Shown here: positions 31,901-39,971 of the stretch, piece by piece
Numbering within the stretch: the stretch's first letter is position 1
Layout of the letters: the number at the start of each line of letters is the position of its first letter
Translations under genes and position numbers: made by a program
The notes under the pieces: generated by a model
What the model was told of the DNA's origin: nothing
The model's database searches: none
Seen by the model: only the letters and a program-made list of their open reading frames with translations
Assembly (NCBI GenBank): GCA_037141795.1
Contig: JBAXBV010000012.1
Location: 1,987-65,986 of the forward strand
Origin: Betaproteobacteria bacterium
GTDB taxonomy: Bacteria > Pseudomonadota > Gammaproteobacteria > Burkholderiales > Ga0077523
Length of the DNA stretch: 64,000 bases
Direction of reading: 5' to 3'

Positions 31901-32067
31901 CAGCCGGGAGGGCCGCTGATCCATGCCATGCCATGGCGCGTGAGTTCCGCCAGCCGCCGGTCGATCCGCGGTCTCGGCAGAGGATCGTGCAGGGTGGGTG
32001 GGGCAAACCGCGCAGCGCCGGGGTGTCGGGAGGGAGGGGGCTGCACGGGAGGAGCCGGCGCGGTCAT
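28972..32067 (-). CDS. Large STAND-type regulator: MalT-like NTPase + helical repeat region + C-terminal OmpR-type winged helix and BTAD (SARP-like) domains
   Basis: Track ORF 28972..32175(-), with likely start MTAPAPPV at 32067. Walker A GPPGCGKT, Walker B VVVLDDHH, MalT-like GGWMAGVAL and FEFHPLLRETL. The C-terminus VRVYTLGRFTIAVDG...RPLELLKCLVAMGG...LWPE...ALLRLRRLL followed by DLLSFER...YRGSFLE is wHTH plus BTAD. Confidence 0.8.
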   Translation of the reverse strand: MTAPAPPVQPPPSRHPGAARFAPPTLHDPLPRPRIDRRLAELTRHGMAWISGPPGCGKTWAAAAYARDTGLPVIWLRLEPADGEAPVFGASLAAAVAHAGTDAAPPGNAGIQTIMGAIPWPAVVVLDDHHAADSPALSAAIEAMADCLPPRGQLLVASRAPPPATLARLEAYGLLGRLGWENLRLTDAEFDTLHARQGEPGREAADRNRQRVGGWMAGVALCRPAGDADAGGATILGFFREHVLDGLDGPALDWLATLSVAPHVDTGLALALTGQDRIREVLRPLADRQWFVHRTRAGPDRFEFHPLLRETLRARLETLRGPEERMALVRAAAACLEADGEPEAALPLYRDLATWPELVQALVRAAPALAAADRLEELDRWISCLPGGAGSDPWLLYWQGLHRNRTEPTGAGPILQTAFRVFDARGDARGRVLSCAAVVESLAAAGADAATLTHWVDRLLGLPLPGGPETASDLEARVLAQGTEALRWRFGHPGLANWADRALTLRPHILDPDRTLHLTAFAAAFQFWRGNVSTAAAIVDADARAMPTGARRVLSSLLHALAPAAGANGSAGAPTGSDPPIRLPARSRRWLELFVDGAGLDAALRRVGARLPPGESAAREFVADAFVTPRIAELTAAGAFSDAARVHDLALARDRGPGPSLALGRGLLRAGQLRALAGQPETAIAHLDEGLSVAREIGSPLLERRVQLWRAHCHLERGHAPDGDAALREAVRDGTDLTCVASSPWPDDALLARLAARALELEFARPEIGNWIRARGLEAPAPHSDAWPWPVRVYTLGRFTIAVDGVAVMFHGKAQKRPLELLKCLVAMGGRGIAVGAIVDRLWPESEGDSARKTFDVALLRLRRLLGREDAVLVADGKVTINTRVCWVDLLSFERWAGLAEAARDASGRLAATRSALDRYRGSFLELEEPHAWMLPARVRAASRLRRMLLGAGRSLEEAGRLPEAIDLFERVVENPTAPVELWRHLADLHNRAGNPDQAQAIRDRHRALIDPRALPAPVRGPGRRRPRSGD

Positions 32068-32300
32068 GGCAATCGGATGCCCTCGGGAACCGGCCAGGAG
32101 CCGGCAGTTCGCTCGAACGGTTGGCCCGGACGCTGCCGGGCCTGCGGAACGACACGCCGGCATTGTTTGATGCACCCGCCTGCGGGGGCAAAGGGTGTGT
32201 GAACTAATACCGTCGTCTTGGGCCGTTCAGATCCGGCCGTAGCTTTTCTGTAACATCGGCCCGGTAACTTGCGAACGACTTATCACGGTGGGGACTGGTC

Positions 32301-33200
32301 ATGGGCCTGATGCGGGCTGTGGTGTGCGGTTGGCTGATGGTCGCGGCGGCGGCCGCGCTCGCCCAGGACAAGCTGCCGGCGGGTGTGATCGCCAGGATGG
32401 GGGAAGTCGAGTTCAAGGCCGAGGATCTGCGCATCCTGCTGGAGGCGGCCGGACCGGAAGCCCGGGCCCAGCTCCTCCAGGCGCCGGCGGAACTGAACCG
32501 CCTGATCCGCACGGAGCTGCTCCGCCGGGCGCTGGCGGCGGAGGCGCGGGGGAAGGCCTGGGACAAGCGCCCGGAGGTGGGCGCCCAACTGGACCGTGCC
32601 CGGGACCAGGCGCTGGCCGCCAGCTACATGAATCACCTTGCCCGTCCGCCCGAAGGATTCCCGTCCGACGCCGAGATCCGCGCCGTCTATGACCAGAACC
32701 CGGCGACCTTCACCGTTCCGAAGCAGGTCCGACTCTCCCAGATCTTCGTGCTCGCCCCCCCGGATTCCGACAAGTCGGCTGTTGCACGCGCCCAGGCGAG
32801 GATCACGGACCTGGCGGACAAGGCGAAGAAAAAGCCCTCGGACCTGCCGACGCTCGCGAAGGCATCCTCCGAGCACGCGGAAAGCGCCGCGAAGGGGGGC
32901 GACATGGGCTGGGCGTCCGAACCCACCCTGCTGCCGGAACTGCGGGATGCCGTGGCCGCCATGAAGAAAGGAGATGTGAGCGGTCCGTTGCGCTCCGCCA
33001 CCGGCTGGCACGTGATCCGCCTGGAGGACATCCGCGACCGGGGCGTGCGTCCCCTCGCCGAGGTCCGGGATCAGATCTCGAATGCCATGCGGCTGCGCCG
33101 GGCCCAGGAAACCGAGCAGGCGTATCTCACCTTCATGACGAACCGCACCCCGGTGGTCGTGAACGAAGCCGAACTGACGCGCCTCGGCGGCGCGCGGTAG
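32301..33200 (+). CDS. Parvulin-type peptidyl-prolyl isomerase, periplasmic (SurA/EpsD-like)
   Basis: Signal peptide. Rotamase core VRLSQIFV...GGDMGWA...GDVSGPLRSATGWHVIRL. Confidence 0.8.
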   Translation: MGLMRAVVCGWLMVAAAAALAQDKLPAGVIARMGEVEFKAEDLRILLEAAGPEARAQLLQAPAELNRLIRTELLRRALAAEARGKAWDKRPEVGAQLDRARDQALAASYMNHLARPPEGFPSDAEIRAVYDQNPATFTVPKQVRLSQIFVLAPPDSDKSAVARAQARITDLADKAKKKPSDLPTLAKASSEHAESAAKGGDMGWASEPTLLPELRDAVAAMKKGDVSGPLRSATGWHVIRLEDIRDRGVRPLAEVRDQISNAMRLRRAQETEQAYLTFMTNRTPVVVNEAELTRLGGAR

Positions 33201-33205
33201 TCCCC

Positions 33206-33227
33206 GGGGCGCGTCGCGCCCCTCTTT
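33206..33227. terminator. Weak hairpin between convergent genes (GGGGCGC-gtc-GCGCCCC then TCTTT)
   Basis: 7-bp GC stem with a 3-nt loop and a poor T-tract. Coordinates anchored on the PPIase stop at 33198..33200. Confidence 0.3.
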
Positions 33228-33273
33228 CCTGCGGTGCCTTGTTCGTGGCGGTGCGCCGGAGCGCCGCAGGCGG

Positions 33274-34689
33274 TCAGCGGTTGTACACGTCCTCGAACCG
33301 GACGATGTCGTCCTCGCCCAGATAGCTGCCGGACTGGACCTCGATCAGTTGCAGGGGCACCAGGCCCGGGTTTTCCAGGCGGTGCTTCGCACCCAGGGGG
33401 ATATAGGTGGACTGGTTTTCCGTGAGCAGGATTTCCTCGTCGCCCCGCACGACCTTCGCCGTGCCGCTCACCACGATCCAGTGCTCCGCGCGGTGGTGGT
33501 GCAGTTGCAGGGAGAGCTTCTGGCCCGGGTTCACGGTGAGTCGCTTCACCTGGTAGCGCCCGCCGGCATCGATGCCTTCGTAGGATCCCCAGGGGCGATA
33601 GACCAGTCGGTGCAGGGTGGACTCGCTCCGGCCCTGGGCCTTGAGCCGGTCGACGATCTGCTTGACGTCCTGGGCGGCCGAGCGCTTCGCCACGAGCACG
33701 GCATCGGCCGTCTCGACGATCACCAGGTCCTCCACCCCGACGGCGGCCACCAGACGCTGATCGGCCTTCACAAATGTGTTCGTGACGTTCTCGGCGACCA
33801 CGTCCCCGTCGAACACGTTGCCGTCCGTGGTCTTGTCGCGGATGTCCCACAGGGCATCCCAGGACCCCACGTCGCTCCAGCCCATGTTTGCCGGAATCAC
33901 GGCGCCGCGTCGGGTCTTTTCCATGACGGCGTAATCGATCGAAATGGAGGGGGCGGCGCCGAAGGCGGTCTTGTCGAGGCGGCAGAAGTCCAGGTCGGTC
34001 TTTGCGGAGGCCAGCGCATCCCGCACGGCCGCGACGATCTCGGGGGCGTGAAGCTGCAGTTCCTCGACGAAGGTGCCGGCCTCGAGCATGAACATGCCGC
34101 TGTTCCAGTAGTAATCGCCGGAATCGATCATCCGCTGGGCGGTGTGGGCGTCGGGCTTCTCGACGAACCGCTGGATGGCGAAGGCGCTCTCCAGCCGCGG
34201 CAGGGTCGCCCCGCGGTTGATGTAGCCGTATCCGGTTTCCGGCGCGTCCGGGATGATGCCGAAGGTGGTCAGCAGCCCCGTGCTTGCCGCACGGGCAGCC
34301 AGGCCGATCGCGCGATGGAACGAGGCCCGATCCTTGATCACGTGGTCCGAGGGCAGCACCAGCATGAGGGCCTTCGGGTCCTGGCGGGAGAGGGCGAGCG
34401 CTGCGGCGGCCACCGCCGGGGCGGTGTTGCGCCCGACGGGCTCGAGGATGAGCGACTCGGGACGGACATCGATCGCCCGCAGCTGCTCGGCGACGAGGAA
34501 ACGGTGCGCCTCGCTGCAGATCACCACGGGCGGGGCCACATCGGGCAGGCCGGACATGCGCCGCAGGGTCTCCTGCAGCATCGTGAACTCGGACGAAAGG
34601 CGCAGAAATTGTTTGGGAAAGGCGCTGCGCGACAGGGGCCAAAGGCGTGTGCCGGACCCACCACAGAGAATGACTGGATGAATTTTCAT
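33274..34689 (-). CDS. manC: Bifunctional mannose-1-phosphate guanylyltransferase / mannose-6-phosphate isomerase (type II PMI-GMP)
   Basis: 471 aa. ILCGGSGTRLWPLSR nucleotidyltransferase motif. C-terminal cupin SLQLHHHRAEHWIVVSGTA. Confidence 0.9.
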   Translation of the reverse strand: MKIHPVILCGGSGTRLWPLSRSAFPKQFLRLSSEFTMLQETLRRMSGLPDVAPPVVICSEAHRFLVAEQLRAIDVRPESLILEPVGRNTAPAVAAAALALSRQDPKALMLVLPSDHVIKDRASFHRAIGLAARAASTGLLTTFGIIPDAPETGYGYINRGATLPRLESAFAIQRFVEKPDAHTAQRMIDSGDYYWNSGMFMLEAGTFVEELQLHAPEIVAAVRDALASAKTDLDFCRLDKTAFGAAPSISIDYAVMEKTRRGAVIPANMGWSDVGSWDALWDIRDKTTDGNVFDGDVVAENVTNTFVKADQRLVAAVGVEDLVIVETADAVLVAKRSAAQDVKQIVDRLKAQGRSESTLHRLVYRPWGSYEGIDAGGRYQVKRLTVNPGQKLSLQLHHHRAEHWIVVSGTAKVVRGDEEILLTENQSTYIPLGAKHRLENPGLVPLQLIEVQSGSYLGEDDIVRFEDVYNR

Positions 34690-34777
34690 GGGCTTGCGTC
34701 AGGTCTGGTACCGACCCCGGGCTGGAAAGCCCTGACTACTGCAAGGCCCATTCCCGGGCCCGGGGACACCCGTGTCC

Positions 34778-36124
34778 TCACTCGGGGGCGTCCCCCGGCC
34801 CGGACAGGTCGGCGATGAATCGGTAGAGGTCGTCGAGCCTGAAGGGCTTGCTGATGAAATCGTCCATGCCGGCCTCGAGGCAGTTTTCCCGGTCCGACGC
34901 GAAGGCACTGGCGGTGACGGCCACGATCCGCGGCTGCTTCGCCAGCGGCAGCGCCCGGATGATCCGTGTGGCCTCCAGGCCGTCCATCTCCGGCATCTGC
35001 ACGTCCATGAACACGACGTCATAGTCACCCTGCCGGACCTTCGCCACGGCTTCCACGCCGGTTTCCGCGAGGTCGGGGCCGAGGCCGAGACGCTGCAGGA
35101 GGGCCTGGGCGAGTTTCTGGTTGACGAGGTTGTCGTCCACCACCAGCACGCGCATCGGCGCGATGGTCCTGCCTGTGAAGAGTGGCGAGCTGCGCACCGG
35201 TTCGGGCTCGCTGCCGGCCTCGAGCCGCAGTTCGACGTGGAAGCTGGTCCCCACACCCCGGGCTGTCCGTACCCGGATGTCCCCGCCCATCGCCCGCGCG
35301 AGCCGTGCGCTGATGGCGAGGCCCAGGCCGGTTCCGCCATAGCGCCGCGTGGTGGATGCGTCCCCCTGGGTGAAGGCGTCGAACAGTGCGTCCACACGGT
35401 CGTCGGGGATGCCGATGCCCGTGTCCGCCACCTCCAGTGCCAAGAGCACCCGGTCCGCGTCCCGCCGTGTCCGGCAGCGGACCGCCACGTTCCCGACGTG
35501 GGTGAACTTGATGGCGTTGGACAGGAGGTTGGACACGATCTGCCCGATCCGAACGCTGTCGCCCCGCAGGTACCGGATACCTGCGTCCGAGGTGTCGATG
35601 GTCATGCCGATGTGCCGGGCCGCGGCGACCGGGCGGTGCAGGGCCCCGATGGCCTGCAGCACCCGGGCGAGGTCGAAATCGCGGATCTCGAGTTCGAGCC
35701 GGTCGGCGTCGATCTTGGAGAAATCGAGGACGTCGTTGAGCACCACCAGGAGGGTGTCGCCACTGGCGCGGATGGCTTCGACGTACTCCTGCTGGGTGGT
35801 GTTCAGCGGGGAGGAGGTCAGCAGTTCCGTCATGGCCAGCACGCCGTGCAGCGGCGTGCGGATCTCGTGGCTCATCACCGCGAGGAAGTTGCTCTTCGCA
35901 CGGGCCGCGGCCTCGGCGCGGTCCCGGGCATCGGCGAGTTCCCGGGTGCGCTCGCGCACCTGCTGCTCCAGTTGCTGGGCTGCCTCGCGCAGGCCTTCGT
36001 TGGCCTCGTAGAGTTCGCGGCTTTTCTGCTCCAGCATGCGCTCGGCCTGGGCGCGTGCTTCCCGCTCCCGGGCGAGGCGGCGCTCCAGGCGTGCGATCCG
36101 GTCGGCGGCGGCCTCGTCCGTCAC
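34778..36124 (-). CDS. Hybrid sensor histidine kinase/response regulator, cytoplasmic, H-NOX-associated
   Basis: In-frame tail (448 aa) of ORF 34778..36715(-). The GTG start overlaps the H-NOX stop (GTGA). Coiled coil, H-box SHEIRTPLHG, N-box NLLSNAIKFT, DTGIGI, GGTGLGLAIS. Receiver domain VLVVDDN...FMDVQMPEMDG...SKP. No TM segments. Confidence 0.85.
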   Translation of the reverse strand: MTDEAAADRIARLERRLAREREARAQAERMLEQKSRELYEANEGLREAAQQLEQQVRERTRELADARDRAEAAARAKSNFLAVMSHEIRTPLHGVLAMTELLTSSPLNTTQQEYVEAIRASGDTLLVVLNDVLDFSKIDADRLELEIRDFDLARVLQAIGALHRPVAAARHIGMTIDTSDAGIRYLRGDSVRIGQIVSNLLSNAIKFTHVGNVAVRCRTRRDADRVLLALEVADTGIGIPDDRVDALFDAFTQGDASTTRRYGGTGLGLAISARLARAMGGDIRVRTARGVGTSFHVELRLEAGSEPEPVRSSPLFTGRTIAPMRVLVVDDNLVNQKLAQALLQRLGLGPDLAETGVEAVAKVRQGDYDVVFMDVQMPEMDGLEATRIIRALPLAKQPRIVAVTASAFASDRENCLEAGMDDFISKPFRLDDLYRFIADLSGPGDAPE

Positions 36125-36657
36125 CTCGTGGTCCGAAGGGTGAATTCGTCGCTGCCGTCGGGCATGGCCCGCCGCGCCACGCTGACGGGCTGTCCGTAGT
36201 GTTCGATGCAGCCCTCGATCAGCCCGGCCGCCAGGTCGCCCATCCTGCGGGGCGAACGATAGACCATGACCATGCTGCCGTCCGCGCCGCGGGTGATGTC
36301 GAACCGTGGCAACTGCGCGTCCGGGTACAGCTTGAGGACTTCCACGTGGATCACGCGTTCGATGCGTTCCAGGAAGTCCAGCGCGGTGTCCACGCCCCCG
36401 AAGAAGTGCGGGTACAGGTGGAAGAAGCGGCCGAACATGTGGTGCCCGAAGGTTTGCACCAGCAGGTGCACGGGGGCGCCGGTGCGGTCGGACAGGGCCT
36501 GGACCATGGCGACCATCTCGGAGTGGTCGTAGGTCCCCACGGTCGTGTAGGCACCGCCGGACGGGAGGTCGGCGGCCTCGATGATGTCGTCGACCATGTC
36601 CTCGGAGAACTTCTCCGAAACCATGTCCAGGAACTCGCAGAACACGATGCCTTTCAA
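36121..36657 (-). CDS. hnoX: H-NOX (haem nitric oxide/oxygen binding) sensor protein
   Basis: Last 178 aa of ORF 36121..37287(-). TTG start behind GGGAGGAG. LKGIVFCEFLDMV N-terminus, proximal His region IERVIHVEVLKLYPD, and Y-x-S-x-R motif (VYRSPRR). Aligns by eye with Shewanella H-NOX. Confidence 0.85.
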   Translation of the reverse strand: MKGIVFCEFLDMVSEKFSEDMVDDIIEAADLPSGGAYTTVGTYDHSEMVAMVQALSDRTGAPVHLLVQTFGHHMFGRFFHLYPHFFGGVDTALDFLERIERVIHVEVLKLYPDAQLPRFDITRGADGSMVMVYRSPRRMGDLAAGLIEGCIEHYGQPVSVARRAMPDGSDEFTLRTTR

Positions 36658-36748
36658 GGTGGACTCCTCCCGTGGCGGGCCGGAACTGCCGCGCCTGCGG
36701 CCGACATGGTGCCACGAAACGGCGGTCCGCAGCCCCGCGGGGGGGGCC

Positions 36749-37477
36749 TCAGCCGAGGGCGTGCCAGCCGGCCGCTTCGGCAGCGGCCGGCCCGTCGTCC
36801 GACAGGACGGCGGCATCCTCCAGGGGCGAACCCTCCAGCCAGGGCAGGGTGGAATGGCTGATGGACCAGTGTCCGCAGGCATCCACTCGGGCCAGGCTGA
36901 TCTCGAAATCCAGCCGGTCGCGCATCTCGTCCAGGTCGAGGTGGGCGCACCAGGCCGCGAGGCTCGAGGCGGGGCCGAGCAGCCCGGCGCGAGGCCGGAC
37001 ACGCATGGCGAAGTCGCCGCTGCGCAGCAGCCATGTGCCAGGGGGGTCACCCTGGCGCAGGGCTGCCCACGGACCGACGCTGCCCGGAAGGCGCTCCCAG
37101 ATCTCGAAGTAGTCCTGCTGCACGCCGTACTCGAGCAGGCGGTCGCCCGACTCGAATTCGAGGCGTCCCACGTCCTCGAAGCCGGAGGGCGGCTGGTAGT
37201 CCACGTGGCGGTGCCACCGGCAGAGATCGCCCTCGACCGTCGTGACGCCCGCGAACCCCTGCTGGGACGCGAGCGACAGCAGGGCACCCCGCCCGAGTTC
37301 CGCCAGCGACCGGGCCCCGGACAGCGGCGGCCGGTCCGCGGGAATGCGCAGGTCGGCGTGCCACCGCGGCGTCTGCAGCCAGAAGACCTGGGAGGTCGTG
37401 TCCTCGGATTCCGGGGTGCGCAGCAGGGCTCGCCTCCAGACGCCGAGGCAGGTGTCCGGCACGGAGGCGGTGGTCAT
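36749..37477 (-). CDS. Hypothetical protein, no family recognised
   Basis: Track ORF 36749..37525(-), with likely start MTTASVPDT at 37477, overlapping the upstream SBP stop (ATGA). Trp-rich (FWLQTPRWHADLRIP, LCRWHRHVDYQPP). GC3-rich coding look. Confidence 0.6.
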   Translation of the reverse strand: MTTASVPDTCLGVWRRALLRTPESEDTTSQVFWLQTPRWHADLRIPADRPPLSGARSLAELGRGALLSLASQQGFAGVTTVEGDLCRWHRHVDYQPPSGFEDVGRLEFESGDRLLEYGVQQDYFEIWERLPGSVGPWAALRQGDPPGTWLLRSGDFAMRVRPRAGLLGPASSLAAWCAHLDLDEMRDRLDFEISLARVDACGHWSISHSTLPWLEGSPLEDAAVLSDDGPAAAEAAGWHALG

Positions 37478-38481
37478 CTTTTCAGCAAGGCATCGATGAA
37501 GCGGGTGCTCATGGTGTCCTCGCACTTCGGCAGCCTCGGGATCTGGTCCTTCGCCCTGAGGATATCCGCGATCGCCGCGCAGGCGGTGTAGAAGGATTCC
37601 GGCCTCGGCGAGCGCGTGAATGCCTGGAGCATCTCCGGCAGGCTGAGCGCGTGGATGGTCTGCTGCTGCGCCAGCACCTCGGCATCCGTGATGCCGAGTG
37701 CCTTGCCGATGATCTTCGCGGCCTCGGCCGGTCGGGTGCGGATCATTTCCAGGCCATCGAGATAGCCCTGCATCACCGCCTGGATCAGTTCCGGCCGGGC
37801 CTTCATGCCCTTGTCGGTAAACACGAGCACGTCCGACAGCAGGCCGGGGGACTGCTTCGACGAGTAGATCACGTGGAACCGTTTGCCGCCGTCCATGGCC
37901 GTGATCTGGGACACCATCGGTTCGTAGGTGACACCGATCCTCACCTGGCCGGAGGCCATGGCGGCCGGCACGGCCTCGGGCCCGGCGCCCACGGGCTGGA
38001 TGTCGCCATCCTTCAGGCCGTGCTTGCGCAGCGCGAAGGCGAGCAGGAAGTCCGACGGCGACAGGGGCGCGAAGGCGACCTTCTGACCCTTCAGGGCAGG
38101 GATGCCCCTGATGTCGGTGGTGGCGACCACCGCATCACCGCCGTCCGAGAAATCGAGCGGCATCACGGCGCGCATGGTGTCCCCCTTGGCCACCTGCCCG
38201 ACCAGCTGGTCGTAGGTGATGAAGCCGCCGTCCAGGGCGCCGCCCATGATGGCGCCGGGGAGCAGCGCGGGGTCGGTGAAGTTCTGCAGGGTGACCTTGA
38301 GGCCGTACTTTTTCCACAGATCCAGGGACTCGGCGATGTAGAGGGGGCCGTAGCCGATCCAGGTGACCACGCCCAGCTTCACGGGCTTCTGCGTGGCGGC
38401 GGTGGCGGTCAGTGGCGCCAGCAGGGAAAGGCTGACGAGGGCGCCGACGGCGGCACGGCGGAGGTGATTCAGTGCGGACAT
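37474..38481 (-). CDS. NitT/TauT-family ABC transporter substrate-binding protein (NMT1/THI5-like), orphan copy
   Basis: 335 aa with signal peptide. VTWIGYGPLYIAE...ITYDQ...SPSDFLL...IGVTYEP. About 55% identical by eye to the SBP at 47076..48077. No adjacent permease or ATPase. Confidence 0.85.
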   Translation of the reverse strand: MSALNHLRRAAVGALVSLSLLAPLTATAATQKPVKLGVVTWIGYGPLYIAESLDLWKKYGLKVTLQNFTDPALLPGAIMGGALDGGFITYDQLVGQVAKGDTMRAVMPLDFSDGGDAVVATTDIRGIPALKGQKVAFAPLSPSDFLLAFALRKHGLKDGDIQPVGAGPEAVPAAMASGQVRIGVTYEPMVSQITAMDGGKRFHVIYSSKQSPGLLSDVLVFTDKGMKARPELIQAVMQGYLDGLEMIRTRPAEAAKIIGKALGITDAEVLAQQQTIHALSLPEMLQAFTRSPRPESFYTACAAIADILRAKDQIPRLPKCEDTMSTRFIDALLKR

Positions 38482-38523
38482 GGGATCTCCCGGGGATGCG
38501 CAATCGATGGGGCGGGGGCTGTC

Positions 38524-39300
38524 TCAGTGCCATTCCCGGACGGCGATGGTGCCGCCCCAGAAGGCGAGATCGTGGTTGGGCCAGAGGCTCGCACCGGTGT
38601 CCTTCGCCAGGGCCTTGAGCTTGCGGATGCTCCCCAGGGCGAGGTCCTCGCGGTCGCGCCAGCACAGCCCCGGAGCGACTTCGTGCTCCAGATTCTCGGT
38701 GAGGTCCGCGGCGTCGCCGCACAGCAGGACGGGAGCCCCCTTTTCCCGTTCGATCCAGAGGGACATGTGCCCCGCCGTGTGGCCGGGCGTCGCGATGGCG
38801 CGCACGCCCGGGGCCACGTCGTACTCGCCCTGCATTTCGCGGAACCGGTGGTTCCCTGCGAAATCGTCGGGGAAGTAGCCCGCGTCCTCCCGGGCGCGCG
38901 CGGCTGCCAGTTCGTCCGCCTGCACGTGGATCTCGCATCCGGGCACGTCGCAGAGTCCGCCGGCGTGGTCGAAATGGAGATGGCCGAGGAAGACGACGTC
39001 GAGGTCCGCCGCCGTGAGCCCGAGCCGGGCGAAGTGCGCGGGCAGGCGCTGGGACGGCTCCATGTCGGGGGCGCCGTAGTCGAAGACCTCCGGCGCGTAG
39101 TAGCGGGCGCGCTTCTCCGGGTCGGCGATCTTCGAGTAGTCGCAGCCCACGTCGTAGAGGATGCGCCCGTTGGGGGTCTCGACCAGATAGGCCAGGATCG
39201 GCGCCTGCACCACCACGCCGGCGCCGCGGTTGCGGGTCGACAGGGTCTTCTCGTACCGGTGTGTCCCGGTGAGCAGGGCCGTGAGCCGGATGCCGCGCAT
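38524..39300 (-). CDS. MBL-fold metallohydrolase, AiiA-type lactonase-like
   Basis: Track ORF 38524..39486(-), with start moved to MRGIRL (39300). HLHFDHAGG zinc motif and later TPGHTAGH. Confidence 0.8.
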   Translation of the reverse strand: MRGIRLTALLTGTHRYEKTLSTRNRGAGVVVQAPILAYLVETPNGRILYDVGCDYSKIADPEKRARYYAPEVFDYGAPDMEPSQRLPAHFARLGLTAADLDVVFLGHLHFDHAGGLCDVPGCEIHVQADELAAARAREDAGYFPDDFAGNHRFREMQGEYDVAPGVRAIATPGHTAGHMSLWIEREKGAPVLLCGDAADLTENLEHEVAPGLCWRDREDLALGSIRKLKALAKDTGASLWPNHDLAFWGGTIAVREWH

Positions 39301-39941
39301 CAGCCCTCCTCCAGGACACGCACCAGGTCGTCCACGGCCGCCACGGCGCCGAAGACGCCGCCTTCGACCCCGATCATGCGCAGCGCCGCATCGTGGAGAT
39401 CGGGGTAGGCGGAGGCACAGGCATCGGCCAGGGTGATGCAGCGGAAGCCGCGGTCGATGGCCGTGCGCAGCGTCGAACTCACGCATACCTCGGTGGTGAT
39501 GCCGCAGAGGATCAGCGTGCGGATGCCGCGGGCGAGGAGCATCGAGCCCAGCGCCGTACCCTCGAACGCGGAGAATCCGGGCTTGTCGATGGCGATCTCC
39601 CCGGTTCGGGGCGCCAGTTCGTCGATGATCCCCGCCCCGGGTTCCCCGCGGATCAGCAGCCTCCCGAGCGGTCCGTCGCTGCCGACGGGGGCGCCGGTGC
39701 GCGCGGTGGCATCCCGGAAGGCGGGCGGCACGTCCGAGAGGTCCGGCGCGTTGGCCTCGCGGGTGTGCACGATCACGATGCCGGCTTCCCGGGCCGCCTT
39801 CAGGATTCGCGCGACGCCGGGGATCGCCCGCCGCAGCAGTGTGATGTCGAGTCCGGCCTTCGCAGCGTACCCGCGGGGGTCGAGGAAGTCGCGCTGCATG
39901 TCGATGACGATGAGCGCGGTGCTCTGCCAGTCGAGGTTCAT
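39300..39941 (-). CDS. Isochorismatase-family cysteine hydrolase (N-carbamoylsarcosine amidase/nicotinamidase-like)
   Basis: 213 aa. Asp-Lys-Cys triad context: LIVIDMQRDF, IDKPGFSAF, CGITTEVCVSST. Confidence 0.85.
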   Translation of the reverse strand: MNLDWQSTALIVIDMQRDFLDPRGYAAKAGLDITLLRRAIPGVARILKAAREAGIVIVHTREANAPDLSDVPPAFRDATARTGAPVGSDGPLGRLLIRGEPGAGIIDELAPRTGEIAIDKPGFSAFEGTALGSMLLARGIRTLILCGITTEVCVSSTLRTAIDRGFRCITLADACASAYPDLHDAALRMIGVEGGVFGAVAAVDDLVRVLEEG

Positions 39942-39971
39942 GGTGGGCTCCGTGGTGGCTCTCTTCGGTGG

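Noticed and set aside
28942-32202. 1086-aa + strand ORF
   Set aside because: Antisense to the STAND regulator. Composition (Arg, Gly, Pro) is typical of out-of-frame high-GC ORFs, and no domain motifs are present.
38524-39300. Calling the MBL protein an N-acyl-homoserine-lactone lactonase (quorum quenching)
   Set aside because: The HLHFDHAGG motif is shared with AiiA. However, the gene sits among amidohydrolases in a catabolic-looking cluster, and motif identity alone does not fix the substrate. I kept the call as 'lactonase-like MBL hydrolase'.
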